This document shows, in pieces, positions 27,464 to 36,948 of a stretch of DNA of 55,903 bases (position 1 is its first letter; the number at the start of each line of letters is the position of its first letter). A model generated the notes under the pieces. It saw only the letters and a list, made by a program, of their open reading frames with translations. It did not search any database and was not told the origin of the DNA. Made by a program: the position numbers and the translations under genes. Source of the DNA: Erysipelothrix sp. (GTDB lineage Bacteria; Bacillota_I; Bacilli_A; Erysipelotrichales; Erysipelotrichaceae); the NCBI GenBank assembly GCA_036516515.1, contig DATBUC010000105.1, forward strand, positions 1-55,903, given 5' to 3'.

Positions 27464-28719
27464 GGATCATTCTTTTAGGTGCTGGTCGCAGTGGTCTGGG
27501 TGCAGCGCGTCTTTTGGCGCAAGATAAAAAAATTATACTTATTAATGAAAAAGCATTCCCTGAACAAGAAGAACTGGAAGCTTTAGGTGTAACGGTTTTA
27601 ATTCAAGATTTTGAATCGTTTGATTTTAAATGTGATGATTTAATTTATAAAGCACCAGGCATCGCTGAATCGGCTTTTTTTCCTAAAACATATAATGAGA
27701 TTGATTTGGTTGCAGAGTATGCACCACAGTATGACTTATATGCGGTATCGGGAACGAATGGTAAAACCACCACAACGACTTTACTAAATGCGATGCTTAA
27801 TCGTCAATTCCCTTCATTTGCGGCAGGGAATATTGGTTATAGTCTCAGTCAAAGTATTGTTGATCATGGTGACATGGCTGCGAAAGTAGCGCTAGAAATT
27901 TCTGCCTTTCAAATGGATGGTGTCAAAAACGCTCGTTTTGAAATCTATGCCTTAATGAATTTAACCCCTGATCATCTTGATCGTTATGGGAATGAAAAGG
28001 CATATTACAATGCAAAAATGAAAATTTTCCCTTATACCAAACAACTAATTCTAAATTATGATGACGCTAATATTATGAGTGAAATCAGTCAAAAGACTTT
28101 ACCAGAAAAATGTTATTACCTTTCGCTTAAAGAAAGAAAAGACATTTATCTAGAAAATGATGCGATTTATTTCCATGAAACCAAACTGTTTAATTTAGCG
28201 GACTTACATTTAATTGGAACGCATAATCTCTATAACGCTGCCTTTGCTGCAACGATGGCTTATTTGGCAGGCGTTGAGGTTAAGGAAATTCAAAAAGTCT
28301 TACAAAACTTTAGCGGTGTGCCTCATCGGATGGAATATGTTGATACGATTGAAGGCGTTGCCTTCTACAATGACTCTAAAGGGACAAATCCTGAGGCGAC
28401 ACAAGTCTGTCTGCAATCCTTTGATAATATTCATTGGTTGGCTGGTGGTTATGATGAAGGTAATGATTTCGCAACTTTAATTAAAGAAAAGGCTCATATT
28501 AAAAAAGCCTATTTCTATGGTGCGAGTGCCCAAAAGTTACAAAAACATTTTCCAGAAGCAAAAATATACCCTGATTTAAAAGCGGCCTTTAAAGCGGCTG
28601 TTTCTCAAGCAGAAGCGTTAGATAATATTGTATTAAGCCCTGCTTGTGCAAGTTATGATCAATATGATAACTTTGAACAACGGGGTGAAGAATTTAAAAA
28701 ACTCGTAAAAACTCTTTAA
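27460..28719 (+). CDS. murD: UDP-MurNAc-L-Ala--D-Glu ligase
   Basis: GTNGKTTT, NLTPDHLDRY, YNDSKGTN, SPACASYDQY. Confidence 0.95.
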   Translation: MRIILLGAGRSGLGAARLLAQDKKIILINEKAFPEQEELEALGVTVLIQDFESFDFKCDDLIYKAPGIAESAFFPKTYNEIDLVAEYAPQYDLYAVSGTNGKTTTTTLLNAMLNRQFPSFAAGNIGYSLSQSIVDHGDMAAKVALEISAFQMDGVKNARFEIYALMNLTPDHLDRYGNEKAYYNAKMKIFPYTKQLILNYDDANIMSEISQKTLPEKCYYLSLKERKDIYLENDAIYFHETKLFNLADLHLIGTHNLYNAAFAATMAYLAGVEVKEIQKVLQNFSGVPHRMEYVDTIEGVAFYNDSKGTNPEATQVCLQSFDNIHWLAGGYDEGNDFATLIKEKAHIKKAYFYGASAQKLQKHFPEAKIYPDLKAAFKAAVSQAEALDNIVLSPACASYDQYDNFEQRGEEFKKLVKTL

Positions 28720-28730
28720 GAGTTTTTTTT
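28707..28730 (+). terminator. Intrinsic terminator ending the dcw cluster
   Basis: AAAAACTCT-tta-AGAGTTTTT plus T-run. Confidence 0.7.
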
Positions 28731-28773
28731 ATGTGTGAAATCATGTATTATAAGTATAGGTTTGAGGTGGCAT

Positions 28774-29064
28774 ATGAATTTTAATAATCAACAAGTACAA
28801 ATGGTCTTAAGTCTTAGATTAAGACAACTCCAAGAAAGTGGCCTAGAAGGCATTGCGCTTAAAGATCTCGAAGCAATCTTCGGAGATCTTTTTAAACGCA
28901 AATATAAAGCCAATCGTATCAGTGATTTGGTCGATTTAATTTTTACGACCAGTGATGATGATATTGTAAAAATGTTAGCGGTCCATTCCAAAAAAGAAGC
29001 TTATTACCACTCAATTGCAGATTATTCTGATTTGCTCACTGGAGATGGTGGCTTTGAAAAATAA
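28774..29064 (+). CDS. ComN-like post-transcriptional regulator
   Basis: ~96-aa helical protein (KRKYKANRISDLVDLIF); occupies the comN position before secDF-recJ-apt-relA; SD GAGGTG. Confidence 0.55.
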   Translation: MNFNNQQVQMVLSLRLRQLQESGLEGIALKDLEAIFGDLFKRKYKANRISDLVDLIFTTSDDDIVKMLAVHSKKEAYYHSIADYSDLLTGDGGFEK

Positions 29065-30760
29065 AGAAGGGTTTACGCGGAATATATTTACTCTAGTGAT
29101 AATTATCTTTTTATCACTTTTTTCATTTATGGTCCTGGGTGAATTTAAAACTGGGATTGGTTTTGGTAAAGATGTTCGCGTGATGATTAAAACAAAGGAT
29201 CACGATGCTTTAGATGCATTTATCCATCAATCAGTACACAAGGGCATTGAAACAAGAAAAGAAACGATTGTGCTAGATGAATACTACTTACTCACAAGTT
29301 CTTATGCAGGTCCGCTAACAAGTTATGAAAATGAACTCAAGGAGGCCATTGCAGATATAGATATTATCCATAGTGGCTCGTTTGGTTCTTTAACGAAATT
29401 ACAAAATTATCAAAGCTTTGTCGCTGTATATATCTTTGTTTATATCAGTCTGATTGTGATTTACTTTTATTACCGCTTTAAAATAATCGGTCTTTATACA
29501 GGCTTAGAAATAGTTTTAGCGATCGTTGGCGCTTTAAGTATTGTTGCGCTTTTTAATTATCCACTCACTAAATCACTATGGTTTTCTTTTTTAGTCGGAA
29601 GCCTTGTGATGATTGCGCAAAAAAGAGCCCAACTCACACGTAATACAGGGCGTTCATTAGCAAAGGTGTATGAAAGTTTGCCCTTGTATACTAAACAATG
29701 TGTGTTACATACCCTTATATTTTTATTGATGGGTTTAATTACCTTTCATAAAGCGCCTTATGATTTTCCTTCTGTAAGTATCTTTTTTATTGCTTTAGCC
29801 TTGATTAATTTTATAGGTGAGATCTTATGGAACCGATTGGGCACGTATTTAATCTTATTTTTAAGTCACGAAGATAAAAAAGAGCCCGTGTTATTCGAAA
29901 GTGAAGCTATTTTATCTGTCGGTGACGATTTATCAAGAAAATATAAATTTGTGCGGCATGTTTTTATGGTTCTTTTCTTATTATCAGTTGTCTTAGGTGT
30001 ACTTTATGGCTTTAATTACCAAGAAGGGGAAGATTTTTCGAATCTTAATGTCGTTGTCATAGAAAAATCAGATCCCAGTACTTTTCTTCAAGTTGAAGCA
30101 ACTTTACATCAAATGGATTATTTTTCTGATCAACTAGGGTACGAAGTCAGTGAACAGGGTCATATTTGGCTTAATTTCGATGCCCATTTAACAGAAAGAG
30201 AACTCATGAATATCAGTAATAAAATTGAGGAAACAACATTTATTGAGACTGGTTATTTTAAAACAATCTCAGCGACCCCTCCCTTATTATCAAGAACATT
30301 TTATACGCGTGCACTTTCAATGATTATGGTAAGTATATTAATGCAGTGGCTCTTTTTAGAAAAACAACATTTCTTCTCCTATGTTGCCGCTAGTTTCTTA
30401 TCTTTTATTTTCTTTCTTTTATTGGTGATTGTTTATCAATTAAATTGGACACGGGAAATTGTGTTGGCGTCGTGGTTTTTTCCCTTAATGATGGCCACCA
30501 CGATTATTGAAGAACCGCGCATTTTAACTGAGCAACATCAAGCTGGCATTGTTCAATCCGCCATTTATTCACTCACTTCCATCAGTTTAGTCTCAGTTCC
30601 AGTTTTAATTATTGTGCCAACCCGAATTGGGATTGAAATCGCATTTATTATGATATTAGGCTTTCTTGCGATACACTTTGCCTATTGTTTTGTATCGGCA
30701 GGAAAGCAAATCAATAAGGAGGTCTTTCATGAAGACGAAACTCGCACAAGCAATTGTTGA
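29054..30760 (+). CDS. Highly divergent SecDF-like polytopic membrane protein
   Basis: Two halves, each TM + loop + ~5 TMs; GIGFG and YYRF (SecD-like), EGEDFS (SecF GIDF-like); secDF synteny; start uncertain (29045 or 29054). Confidence 0.55.
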   Translation: MKNKEGFTRNIFTLVIIIFLSLFSFMVLGEFKTGIGFGKDVRVMIKTKDHDALDAFIHQSVHKGIETRKETIVLDEYYLLTSSYAGPLTSYENELKEAIADIDIIHSGSFGSLTKLQNYQSFVAVYIFVYISLIVIYFYYRFKIIGLYTGLEIVLAIVGALSIVALFNYPLTKSLWFSFLVGSLVMIAQKRAQLTRNTGRSLAKVYESLPLYTKQCVLHTLIFLLMGLITFHKAPYDFPSVSIFFIALALINFIGEILWNRLGTYLILFLSHEDKKEPVLFESEAILSVGDDLSRKYKFVRHVFMVLFLLSVVLGVLYGFNYQEGEDFSNLNVVVIEKSDPSTFLQVEATLHQMDYFSDQLGYEVSEQGHIWLNFDAHLTERELMNISNKIEETTFIETGYFKTISATPPLLSRTFYTRALSMIMVSILMQWLFLEKQHFFSYVAASFLSFIFFLLLVIVYQLNWTREIVLASWFFPLMMATTIIEEPRILTEQHQAGIVQSAIYSLTSISLVSVPVLIIVPTRIGIEIAFIMILGFLAIHFAYCFVSAGKQINKEVFHEDETRTSNC

Positions 30761-32246
30761 TTATTGGGATTTACCGCAAGCTAAAGCAAAATCATTAATC
30801 GAACCAGAACATCAAGTCTTAACCCATCAAGGCTTTGCTCATTTTATGAAAAATGCACAAAAGCTGATGATTGCAGGTGATTATGATTGCGATGGCGTCA
30901 TGTCAACCACCATTGCGGCTTTATGCGCAGAAAAATTAGAAATTCCCTATGGCTACTATATTCCTAACCGTTTAAAAGAGGGCTATGGGCTTAAAGAGGC
31001 GACTGTACGCTTAGCTTATGAAAAAGGCTATACAGATTTATTACTGGTTGATAATGGTGTTAAAGCTCAAGAGGCTATTTTGTTGGCGCTTGAATTGGGC
31101 TTAAATGTTGCGGTGGTCGACCACCATTTAATTGAAGATGACTTAACAGATCAAGCCCTATGGGTCCATCCTGATTTGCTTGATGATCCTTATTTTGCTG
31201 ACATGTCAGCAGGCGGGTTAATGGCGGCTTTAGCGGAAGGGATGGGTTTAGATGACCCTTATATCACCGCTTTGGGTGCCTTAGCTACCGTGGCTGATGT
31301 CATGCCTTTGTGGGGGAAAAATAGAGATCTTTGTTACCGCGGGGTAAACGATCTGAATCAATATCGCTTTGTGCATTTTGAAAAACTCGTAAACACACGT
31401 TATCTTCATCATTACACAGCCCAAGTCTTGGCATTTCAAATCAGCCCTAAGATTAATACCTTAGGCCGTCTTTCCGATCAAGCCAATATCAATACAGCCG
31501 TGCAATATTTCTTAAGTGAAGATCAAGCGGTTATCAATAGTTTCGCGCAACAATTGTTGAGTTTAAATACCAAACGTAAGCAAATGAGTAAGCAAATTGA
31601 AGCACTTGCCTTATCGCAAGTAAATGATGATTCAGTACAAATTATCAGTTCGAAGCATTTTCATGAAGGTTTGTTGGGTATCGTGGCTAACACGGTTGCG
31701 GCAGAAACATTAAAACCAAGTATTTTATTAAAAGAATATGATGCTATTTACAAAGGCAGTGCCCGGAGTATGACAGTATCACTTCAAGCTCTTTTCTCTC
31801 AGTTACCACAAGAATACTTTGTGAATATGGGGGGCCATGATTTTGCTTATGGTTTAACCTTAAAAAAGGAACATTACCCTGCATTTGTTAAAGATGTGAA
31901 TCGCTTAAGCGATATGATGGAAAAAATAGCGGTTGAAAAGCCAGTGATTGAAGTGCCAATCTCTTGGATTACGCAAGAAGCGCTACAAGAAATCAAGCAA
32001 TTTGAACCACTTGGAGAAGGCTTACAACTACCGCAATTACAAGTAGAGATTCCTGAAAACAAACAAGTTTATGCGATTAACGGTTACGGCTATAAATATC
32101 GTTTCTTTAACAGTAATGTTGCGGAAGCGGTTTATTTTAATAACCAAATCAGTTTGATAGATATGGAGCAAGCAAAGCAAATGCGTGTCAGTTTAGATTT
32201 ACAATCAGCCGATAAAATACAAGTTTATATCGAAGAATTGATTTAA
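30729..32246 (+). CDS. recJ: ssDNA exonuclease RecJ (DHH family)
   Basis: GDYDCDG, PNRLKEGYGL, VDNG, DHH, ATVADV, GSARS, GGH. Confidence 0.9.
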   Translation: MKTKLAQAIVDYWDLPQAKAKSLIEPEHQVLTHQGFAHFMKNAQKLMIAGDYDCDGVMSTTIAALCAEKLEIPYGYYIPNRLKEGYGLKEATVRLAYEKGYTDLLLVDNGVKAQEAILLALELGLNVAVVDHHLIEDDLTDQALWVHPDLLDDPYFADMSAGGLMAALAEGMGLDDPYITALGALATVADVMPLWGKNRDLCYRGVNDLNQYRFVHFEKLVNTRYLHHYTAQVLAFQISPKINTLGRLSDQANINTAVQYFLSEDQAVINSFAQQLLSLNTKRKQMSKQIEALALSQVNDDSVQIISSKHFHEGLLGIVANTVAAETLKPSILLKEYDAIYKGSARSMTVSLQALFSQLPQEYFVNMGGHDFAYGLTLKKEHYPAFVKDVNRLSDMMEKIAVEKPVIEVPISWITQEALQEIKQFEPLGEGLQLPQLQVEIPENKQVYAINGYGYKYRFFNSNVAEAVYFNNQISLIDMEQAKQMRVSLDLQSADKIQVYIEELI

Positions 32247-32278
32247 CTTATGATATGATGTAAGAAAGGGGGCGTAAT

Positions 32279-33892
32279 ATGATCCCAAAAATAATATTAT
32301 CTTTTTCGCTCTTGTTATCGCCATTATTCGCAACAAGCACATTACAAGCAGAAACAGCAGCTAAAGAAAATGTGACCGTTGTGAATGAAACAGATACAAC
32401 GCAAGAGCCTGACAAAGAAGAACAAAAACCACTTTTAGAACTTTCCAAAACTGAGTTCACAATAGAAAAAGACGCCAGTATTCAATTGATTTATACGTTA
32501 CAAGAAGGGGCGACGCTCAGCTTTAAGGCTCAAAATCCAGAAATTTTAGCGATTGATAATCAAGGGCGCATGCAAGGATTAAAAGCGGGGACGACCGCTG
32601 TTGCAGTCACAGCAAATAAAGATGAAATCAACGAGCAATATGAATTGAAAGTAACCGTCTATGAGTTAAGTGGCAAGATTACTTTTGATTATAATGAGTT
32701 TAATTTATCTCGTGGCTATACTTATGAGGTCCCTTATAAAATTGAAGGTAATATGAGTGACAATGAGTTAATCTGGGAATCAGATAATCCAAGTATTGCC
32801 AGCGTTGAAGATGGGAAAGTGACCGGTCATAAGATTGGTACGACAACGATTCGTGTCTTTGGGCTCAACACACAAGATGAGACGATTGTTCATGTAATTG
32901 CGCCATTAAAAGACATGGTCTTTAATCCTGAAAAAGTAAGTATGACGGTTGGTGAAAAAATCACCATGCCCGATTTAGTTTTTGTGCCTTATGACACAAC
33001 CACGCCTAAAGAGATTCGTTATGAAATCTCAGATCGCAGTCTTTTAGAAATTGAAGAGGATCAACTGCATGCCTTAAAACCAGGAAAAGTCATGGTGCAT
33101 GGCTTTATTGGCGAAGTTGAAGCGCAATTAGAAGTGATTATTGAACCAAAGTTAACTGAATCAGGTTCTAATATAGTTGATTTGAAAATTGAGCATTTGG
33201 AAAATAACCAAATGATTTTATTTCACGATGACCTCTCCCAATACAAAGCCCAAACATTTGCTTTGAAATTACCAACACGAGAAATCATTGAATATCTCAA
33301 CGAGCATAAAACTTTGGACTTAATCATTGTTTTAAATGATCGCTTATATGAAGCGGGTATGAAAAATGTAGAATCATTTGTAATTAATGAATCAATTATG
33401 AATATTTTAGATGGCAAACAATTGAATATCCATCTGTTAAATCAAGCGAATAAACCTCAGTTGATTTATTCACTTAATGGCGCGCAAAAACAAGCACTAG
33501 ATTTACGCTTCAATATTAGTAAGTTGGATAATCTCACCCTGAATAAATTTAATATTAAAGGGCATGCGTATCATCTGCAGTTTAAAAACCATCGGGGTTT
33601 CCCTTTAAATACCGTTGTTAAAATCCCGGCAGAACGGATTAATGCCCATTTTAATCAGCTGCATTTTATCTACACTTTACAACATGATGAATTAGTTGAT
33701 ACCCAACAAAGCATGAGTATTGATAGTCAAGATTACTTGGAATTTGAAATTTCAGAATCAGACTACATTGTTACCATTGCTAAAGTAAGTACTAAAAGTG
33801 ATAGTAAGGTGATTATGACCTTAAGTATCATTTTAATTTTACTTTTAATCACTTTTGTACTTGTCTATTTAAAGAAACATAAGAAAATATAA
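32279..33892 (+). CDS. Membrane-anchored surface protein with Big_2 Ig-like repeats
   Basis: Signal peptide, WESDNPSIASVEDGKVTGHKIGTTTI-type repeats (~3), C-terminal TM + basic tail. Confidence 0.8.
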   Translation: MIPKIILSFSLLLSPLFATSTLQAETAAKENVTVVNETDTTQEPDKEEQKPLLELSKTEFTIEKDASIQLIYTLQEGATLSFKAQNPEILAIDNQGRMQGLKAGTTAVAVTANKDEINEQYELKVTVYELSGKITFDYNEFNLSRGYTYEVPYKIEGNMSDNELIWESDNPSIASVEDGKVTGHKIGTTTIRVFGLNTQDETIVHVIAPLKDMVFNPEKVSMTVGEKITMPDLVFVPYDTTTPKEIRYEISDRSLLEIEEDQLHALKPGKVMVHGFIGEVEAQLEVIIEPKLTESGSNIVDLKIEHLENNQMILFHDDLSQYKAQTFALKLPTREIIEYLNEHKTLDLIIVLNDRLYEAGMKNVESFVINESIMNILDGKQLNIHLLNQANKPQLIYSLNGAQKQALDLRFNISKLDNLTLNKFNIKGHAYHLQFKNHRGFPLNTVVKIPAERINAHFNQLHFIYTLQHDELVDTQQSMSIDSQDYLEFEISESDYIVTIAKVSTKSDSKVIMTLSIILILLLITFVLVYLKKHKKI

Positions 33893-33930
33893 ATGTGTTA
33901 TAATAGATAAGTAAAAATTTGGAGGAAAAT

Positions 33931-34443
33931 ATGGACTTAAAAAAATATATCGCAACAATTGATGGCTTTCCTAAAGAAGGTATTAAATTTAGAGACATTA
34001 CACCACTGATGGCAGATGGTGACGCCTTTAGTGAAGCAACCAGACTTTTTGAAGGCTTTGCTCGTAAAGTGGGGGCAGAGGTCATTGTCGGGCCAGAATC
34101 TCGCGGCTTTATCTTTGGCTGTCCCGTTGCTTATGCTATGAATATTGGTTTTGTCCCGGTACGTAAACCAGGTAAATTACCACGGGAAACGGTCAGTTAT
34201 AAATATGATTTAGAATATGGTAGCAATGAATTACATATTCATAAAGATGGGGTTAAACCAGGTCAAAAAGTACTTATTATCGACGACTTACTGGCAACAG
34301 GAGGGACGATTGAAGCTTCCGTGGCTTTAGTTGAAGCACTGGGTGCAGAAGTTGTTGGCTGTGGCTTTTTAATTGAATTAGAAGATTTAAATGGCCGTGA
34401 TAAACTTGAAGGCATTGATGTCTTCACAATCATGAAATATTAA
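33931..34443 (+). CDS. apt: Adenine phosphoribosyltransferase
   Basis: [35 protein letters not shown]; ATG 33931 after GGAGG. Confidence 0.97.
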   Translation: MDLKKYIATIDGFPKEGIKFRDITPLMADGDAFSEATRLFEGFARKVGAEVIVGPESRGFIFGCPVAYAMNIGFVPVRKPGKLPRETVSYKYDLEYGSNELHIHKDGVKPGQKVLIIDDLLATGGTIEASVALVEALGAEVVGCGFLIELEDLNGRDKLEGIDVFTIMKY

Positions 34444-34444
34444 T

Positions 34445-34468
34445 ACGAAGTCTAGTACTTCGTTTTTT
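34445..34468 (+). terminator. Intrinsic terminator
   Basis: ACGAAGT-ctagt-ACTTCGT plus T-run. Confidence 0.7.
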
Positions 34469-34487
34469 AAATAAAGGGGGTGCTCTA

Positions 34488-36686
34488 ATGAAGCAACTAA
34501 CAAGAATTTCAATTGATGATGTTATGAATGAAGCCAAGCGCTATATCAGTAAAAAAGAAAGCTTGGATCTTATTTATCATGCTTATGAATATGCTGAAGA
34601 GAAACACAGCGGTCAATACCGCAAAAGTGGTGAACCTTATCTTGTTCACGTTTTACAGGTTGCTTACATTTTAGCGCAATTAAATGTTTCACCAACAACC
34701 ATTGCTGCGGGTCTTTTGCATGATGTCATCGAAGATTGCGATGTCACTTATGATGATTTAGCACAAGAATTCAGCGAAGAAATCGCTACGCTTGTTGAAA
34801 GTGTTACGAAAATTGGTAACTTAGAATTTAAAGATGAACGGGAGTATTTAGCGGCTAACCATCGTAAAATCTTTATCGCGATGGCTAAAGATGTGCGGGT
34901 TATTTTTATTAAATTAGTGGATCGTCTGCATAATATGCGAACCCTTCAATTCCAACCACCACATAAACAAAAAAAGATTGCTGAAGAGACTTTAGATGTT
35001 TATGCACCCATTGCCCATCGATTGGGTATTGGAGAAATCAAAAATGAATTAGAAGATCTGGCTTTTTCTTATCTTCATCGCGATAAGTATTATGAAATTG
35101 CCCGTCTTGTTGATGCGCGTAAAACAGAGCGTGATGCGCAAGTCACCAGTATGATTAAAGATATTGCCGATTTACTCATTGAAAAGAAAATCGAATTTAA
35201 TATTTTTGGGCGCTCAAAACATTTATACAGTATCTATAAAAAAATGGAGAAGAAGCAAAAACGTTTTGATGAAATTCTAGATTTATTAGCCATTCGTATT
35301 ATTACCGAAACGGAATTAAACTGTTATGAAGTCTTGGGTTACATTCACGCGAAATACAGACCCATTCCTGGTCGATTTAAAGATTATATTGCTATGCCAA
35401 AAGTTAATATGTACCAATCACTACATACGACGATCGTTGGCGAAGGCGGTAATATTTTTGAAGTCCAAATTCGTACAAAACAAATGGATGATGTGGCAGA
35501 ACGCGGGGTTGCAGCGCACTGGAAATATAAAGAAGGATCCACTGGCACCGATGCCCATCATCAAAAAGAAATTGAAGATCGCTTAGCCTGGTTTAAAGAT
35601 ATCAGTGAATTAGCGGAAAACGAAAACCAAGATGCATTAGAATATATGCATGTCTTACAAAAAGATATTTTTGAAGCCAATGTCTATGCCATGACCCCAC
35701 GCGGTCGGGTTATCGATTTACCAACGGGTGCAACACCGATTGATTTTGCCTACCGTATTCATACTGAAGTGGGTCATCAAACGGTGGGGGCACTTGTCAA
35801 TGGGACTTTAGTACCCTTAAATACACAACTTAAAACTGGTGATGTGGTACAAATTAAAACCTCAAACCAAGCCAGTCCCAGCGAAGACTGGTTGAAGGTT
35901 GTGAAAACAAATCAAGCGAAAAATAAAATCAGAAGTTATATCAGTAAGAAACAAAAAGAAGATAAAGATGCGATGGTCCAAAAAGGACAAATTATCTTTA
36001 GAGATGAAGCAAGACGTAGGGGCTTTGATGAAAAGGAACTCTTAGATTCCAAACATCTTGACAGCGTTCTGCATGGTTTTTCTATCAATCACCATGATGA
36101 TTTAATGGTTGCTTTAGGGACCAAGTCCTTGGCGCCACAAGCTTTATTTGAGAAACTATCACCACAACATAAACCAAATGATCAAGCGATGGAGAAAGTC
36201 GATCGTGTGGTTAATCGTAATTTACCGCGACCAAGCAGTAATAAAGCAGGTGTAGTGGTAGAAGGGATTGACTCGATGATGATTTCTTTAAGCAAATGTT
36301 GTAATCCCATCTATGGCGAACCAATTCTTGGCTTTATTACCAAAGGCCAAGGTGTTAAAGTGCACCGGGTAGATTGTCCTAATATGGAAGGGGTCACGCA
36401 ACGGGTAATTGATGTTGCCTGGGAACAAAACCATGAAAATGGTGAATATGAATCAGTCTTAGAAATTGAATCGGTTGATCGCAATTTCCTAGTCACTGAT
36501 TTGGTGACCTGTACCTCGCAATTACGGGTTAAATTAAATGAATTCAATTCGGTTATCAATGATGATTTGGTGCATGTAACCACGAAAATGCGAGTGGTTG
36601 TAAGCGATATTCAGCATTTACGCTCCCTGATTGCGAATTTAAGAAAAGTTGATGGGGTAAACCGAGTAACCAGAGTCAATTTATAA
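34488..36686 (+). CDS. relA: Bifunctional (p)ppGpp synthetase/hydrolase Rel
   Basis: RKSGEPY, LHDVIED, DRLHNMRT, YQSLHT, TGS, ZFD and ACT domains. Confidence 0.97.
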   Translation: MKQLTRISIDDVMNEAKRYISKKESLDLIYHAYEYAEEKHSGQYRKSGEPYLVHVLQVAYILAQLNVSPTTIAAGLLHDVIEDCDVTYDDLAQEFSEEIATLVESVTKIGNLEFKDEREYLAANHRKIFIAMAKDVRVIFIKLVDRLHNMRTLQFQPPHKQKKIAEETLDVYAPIAHRLGIGEIKNELEDLAFSYLHRDKYYEIARLVDARKTERDAQVTSMIKDIADLLIEKKIEFNIFGRSKHLYSIYKKMEKKQKRFDEILDLLAIRIITETELNCYEVLGYIHAKYRPIPGRFKDYIAMPKVNMYQSLHTTIVGEGGNIFEVQIRTKQMDDVAERGVAAHWKYKEGSTGTDAHHQKEIEDRLAWFKDISELAENENQDALEYMHVLQKDIFEANVYAMTPRGRVIDLPTGATPIDFAYRIHTEVGHQTVGALVNGTLVPLNTQLKTGDVVQIKTSNQASPSEDWLKVVKTNQAKNKIRSYISKKQKEDKDAMVQKGQIIFRDEARRRGFDEKELLDSKHLDSVLHGFSINHHDDLMVALGTKSLAPQALFEKLSPQHKPNDQAMEKVDRVVNRNLPRPSSNKAGVVVEGIDSMMISLSKCCNPIYGEPILGFITKGQGVKVHRVDCPNMEGVTQRVIDVAWEQNHENGEYESVLEIESVDRNFLVTDLVTCTSQLRVKLNEFNSVINDDLVHVTTKMRVVVSDIQHLRSLIANLRKVDGVNRVTRVNL

Positions 36687-36724
36687 ATTGCATAATCTTT
36701 TGACTTATGCTAAAGTAATAGAGA

Positions 36725-36920
36725 AAATCGAAGATCGTGATTGAACTTAACAAGACATAACAGAGAGATGATGTTTGGTGTAAATCATCATGTTGAATTA
36801 AGTGTGACCCACAGGAGATGTTATCTTGAAGCAAGTAGAGATAATCGTAACTCGCGTTAAGAGTTAAGTATTAAGTAAAGGTGGTACCACGCGCTTGCGT
36901 CCTTGGTAGCACCTTTTTGT
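36725..36920 (+). promoter_or_regulatory. T-box riboswitch (specifier probably GAC, Asp)
   Basis: AGAGA and GGTG stem I motifs, AGTA, GCGTT, T-box AAGGTGGTACCACG at 36878-36891, terminator ending CACCTTTTT. Confidence 0.9.
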
Positions 36921-36948
36921 ATCTAAAAAGAAGATAAAGGAGGATTTT

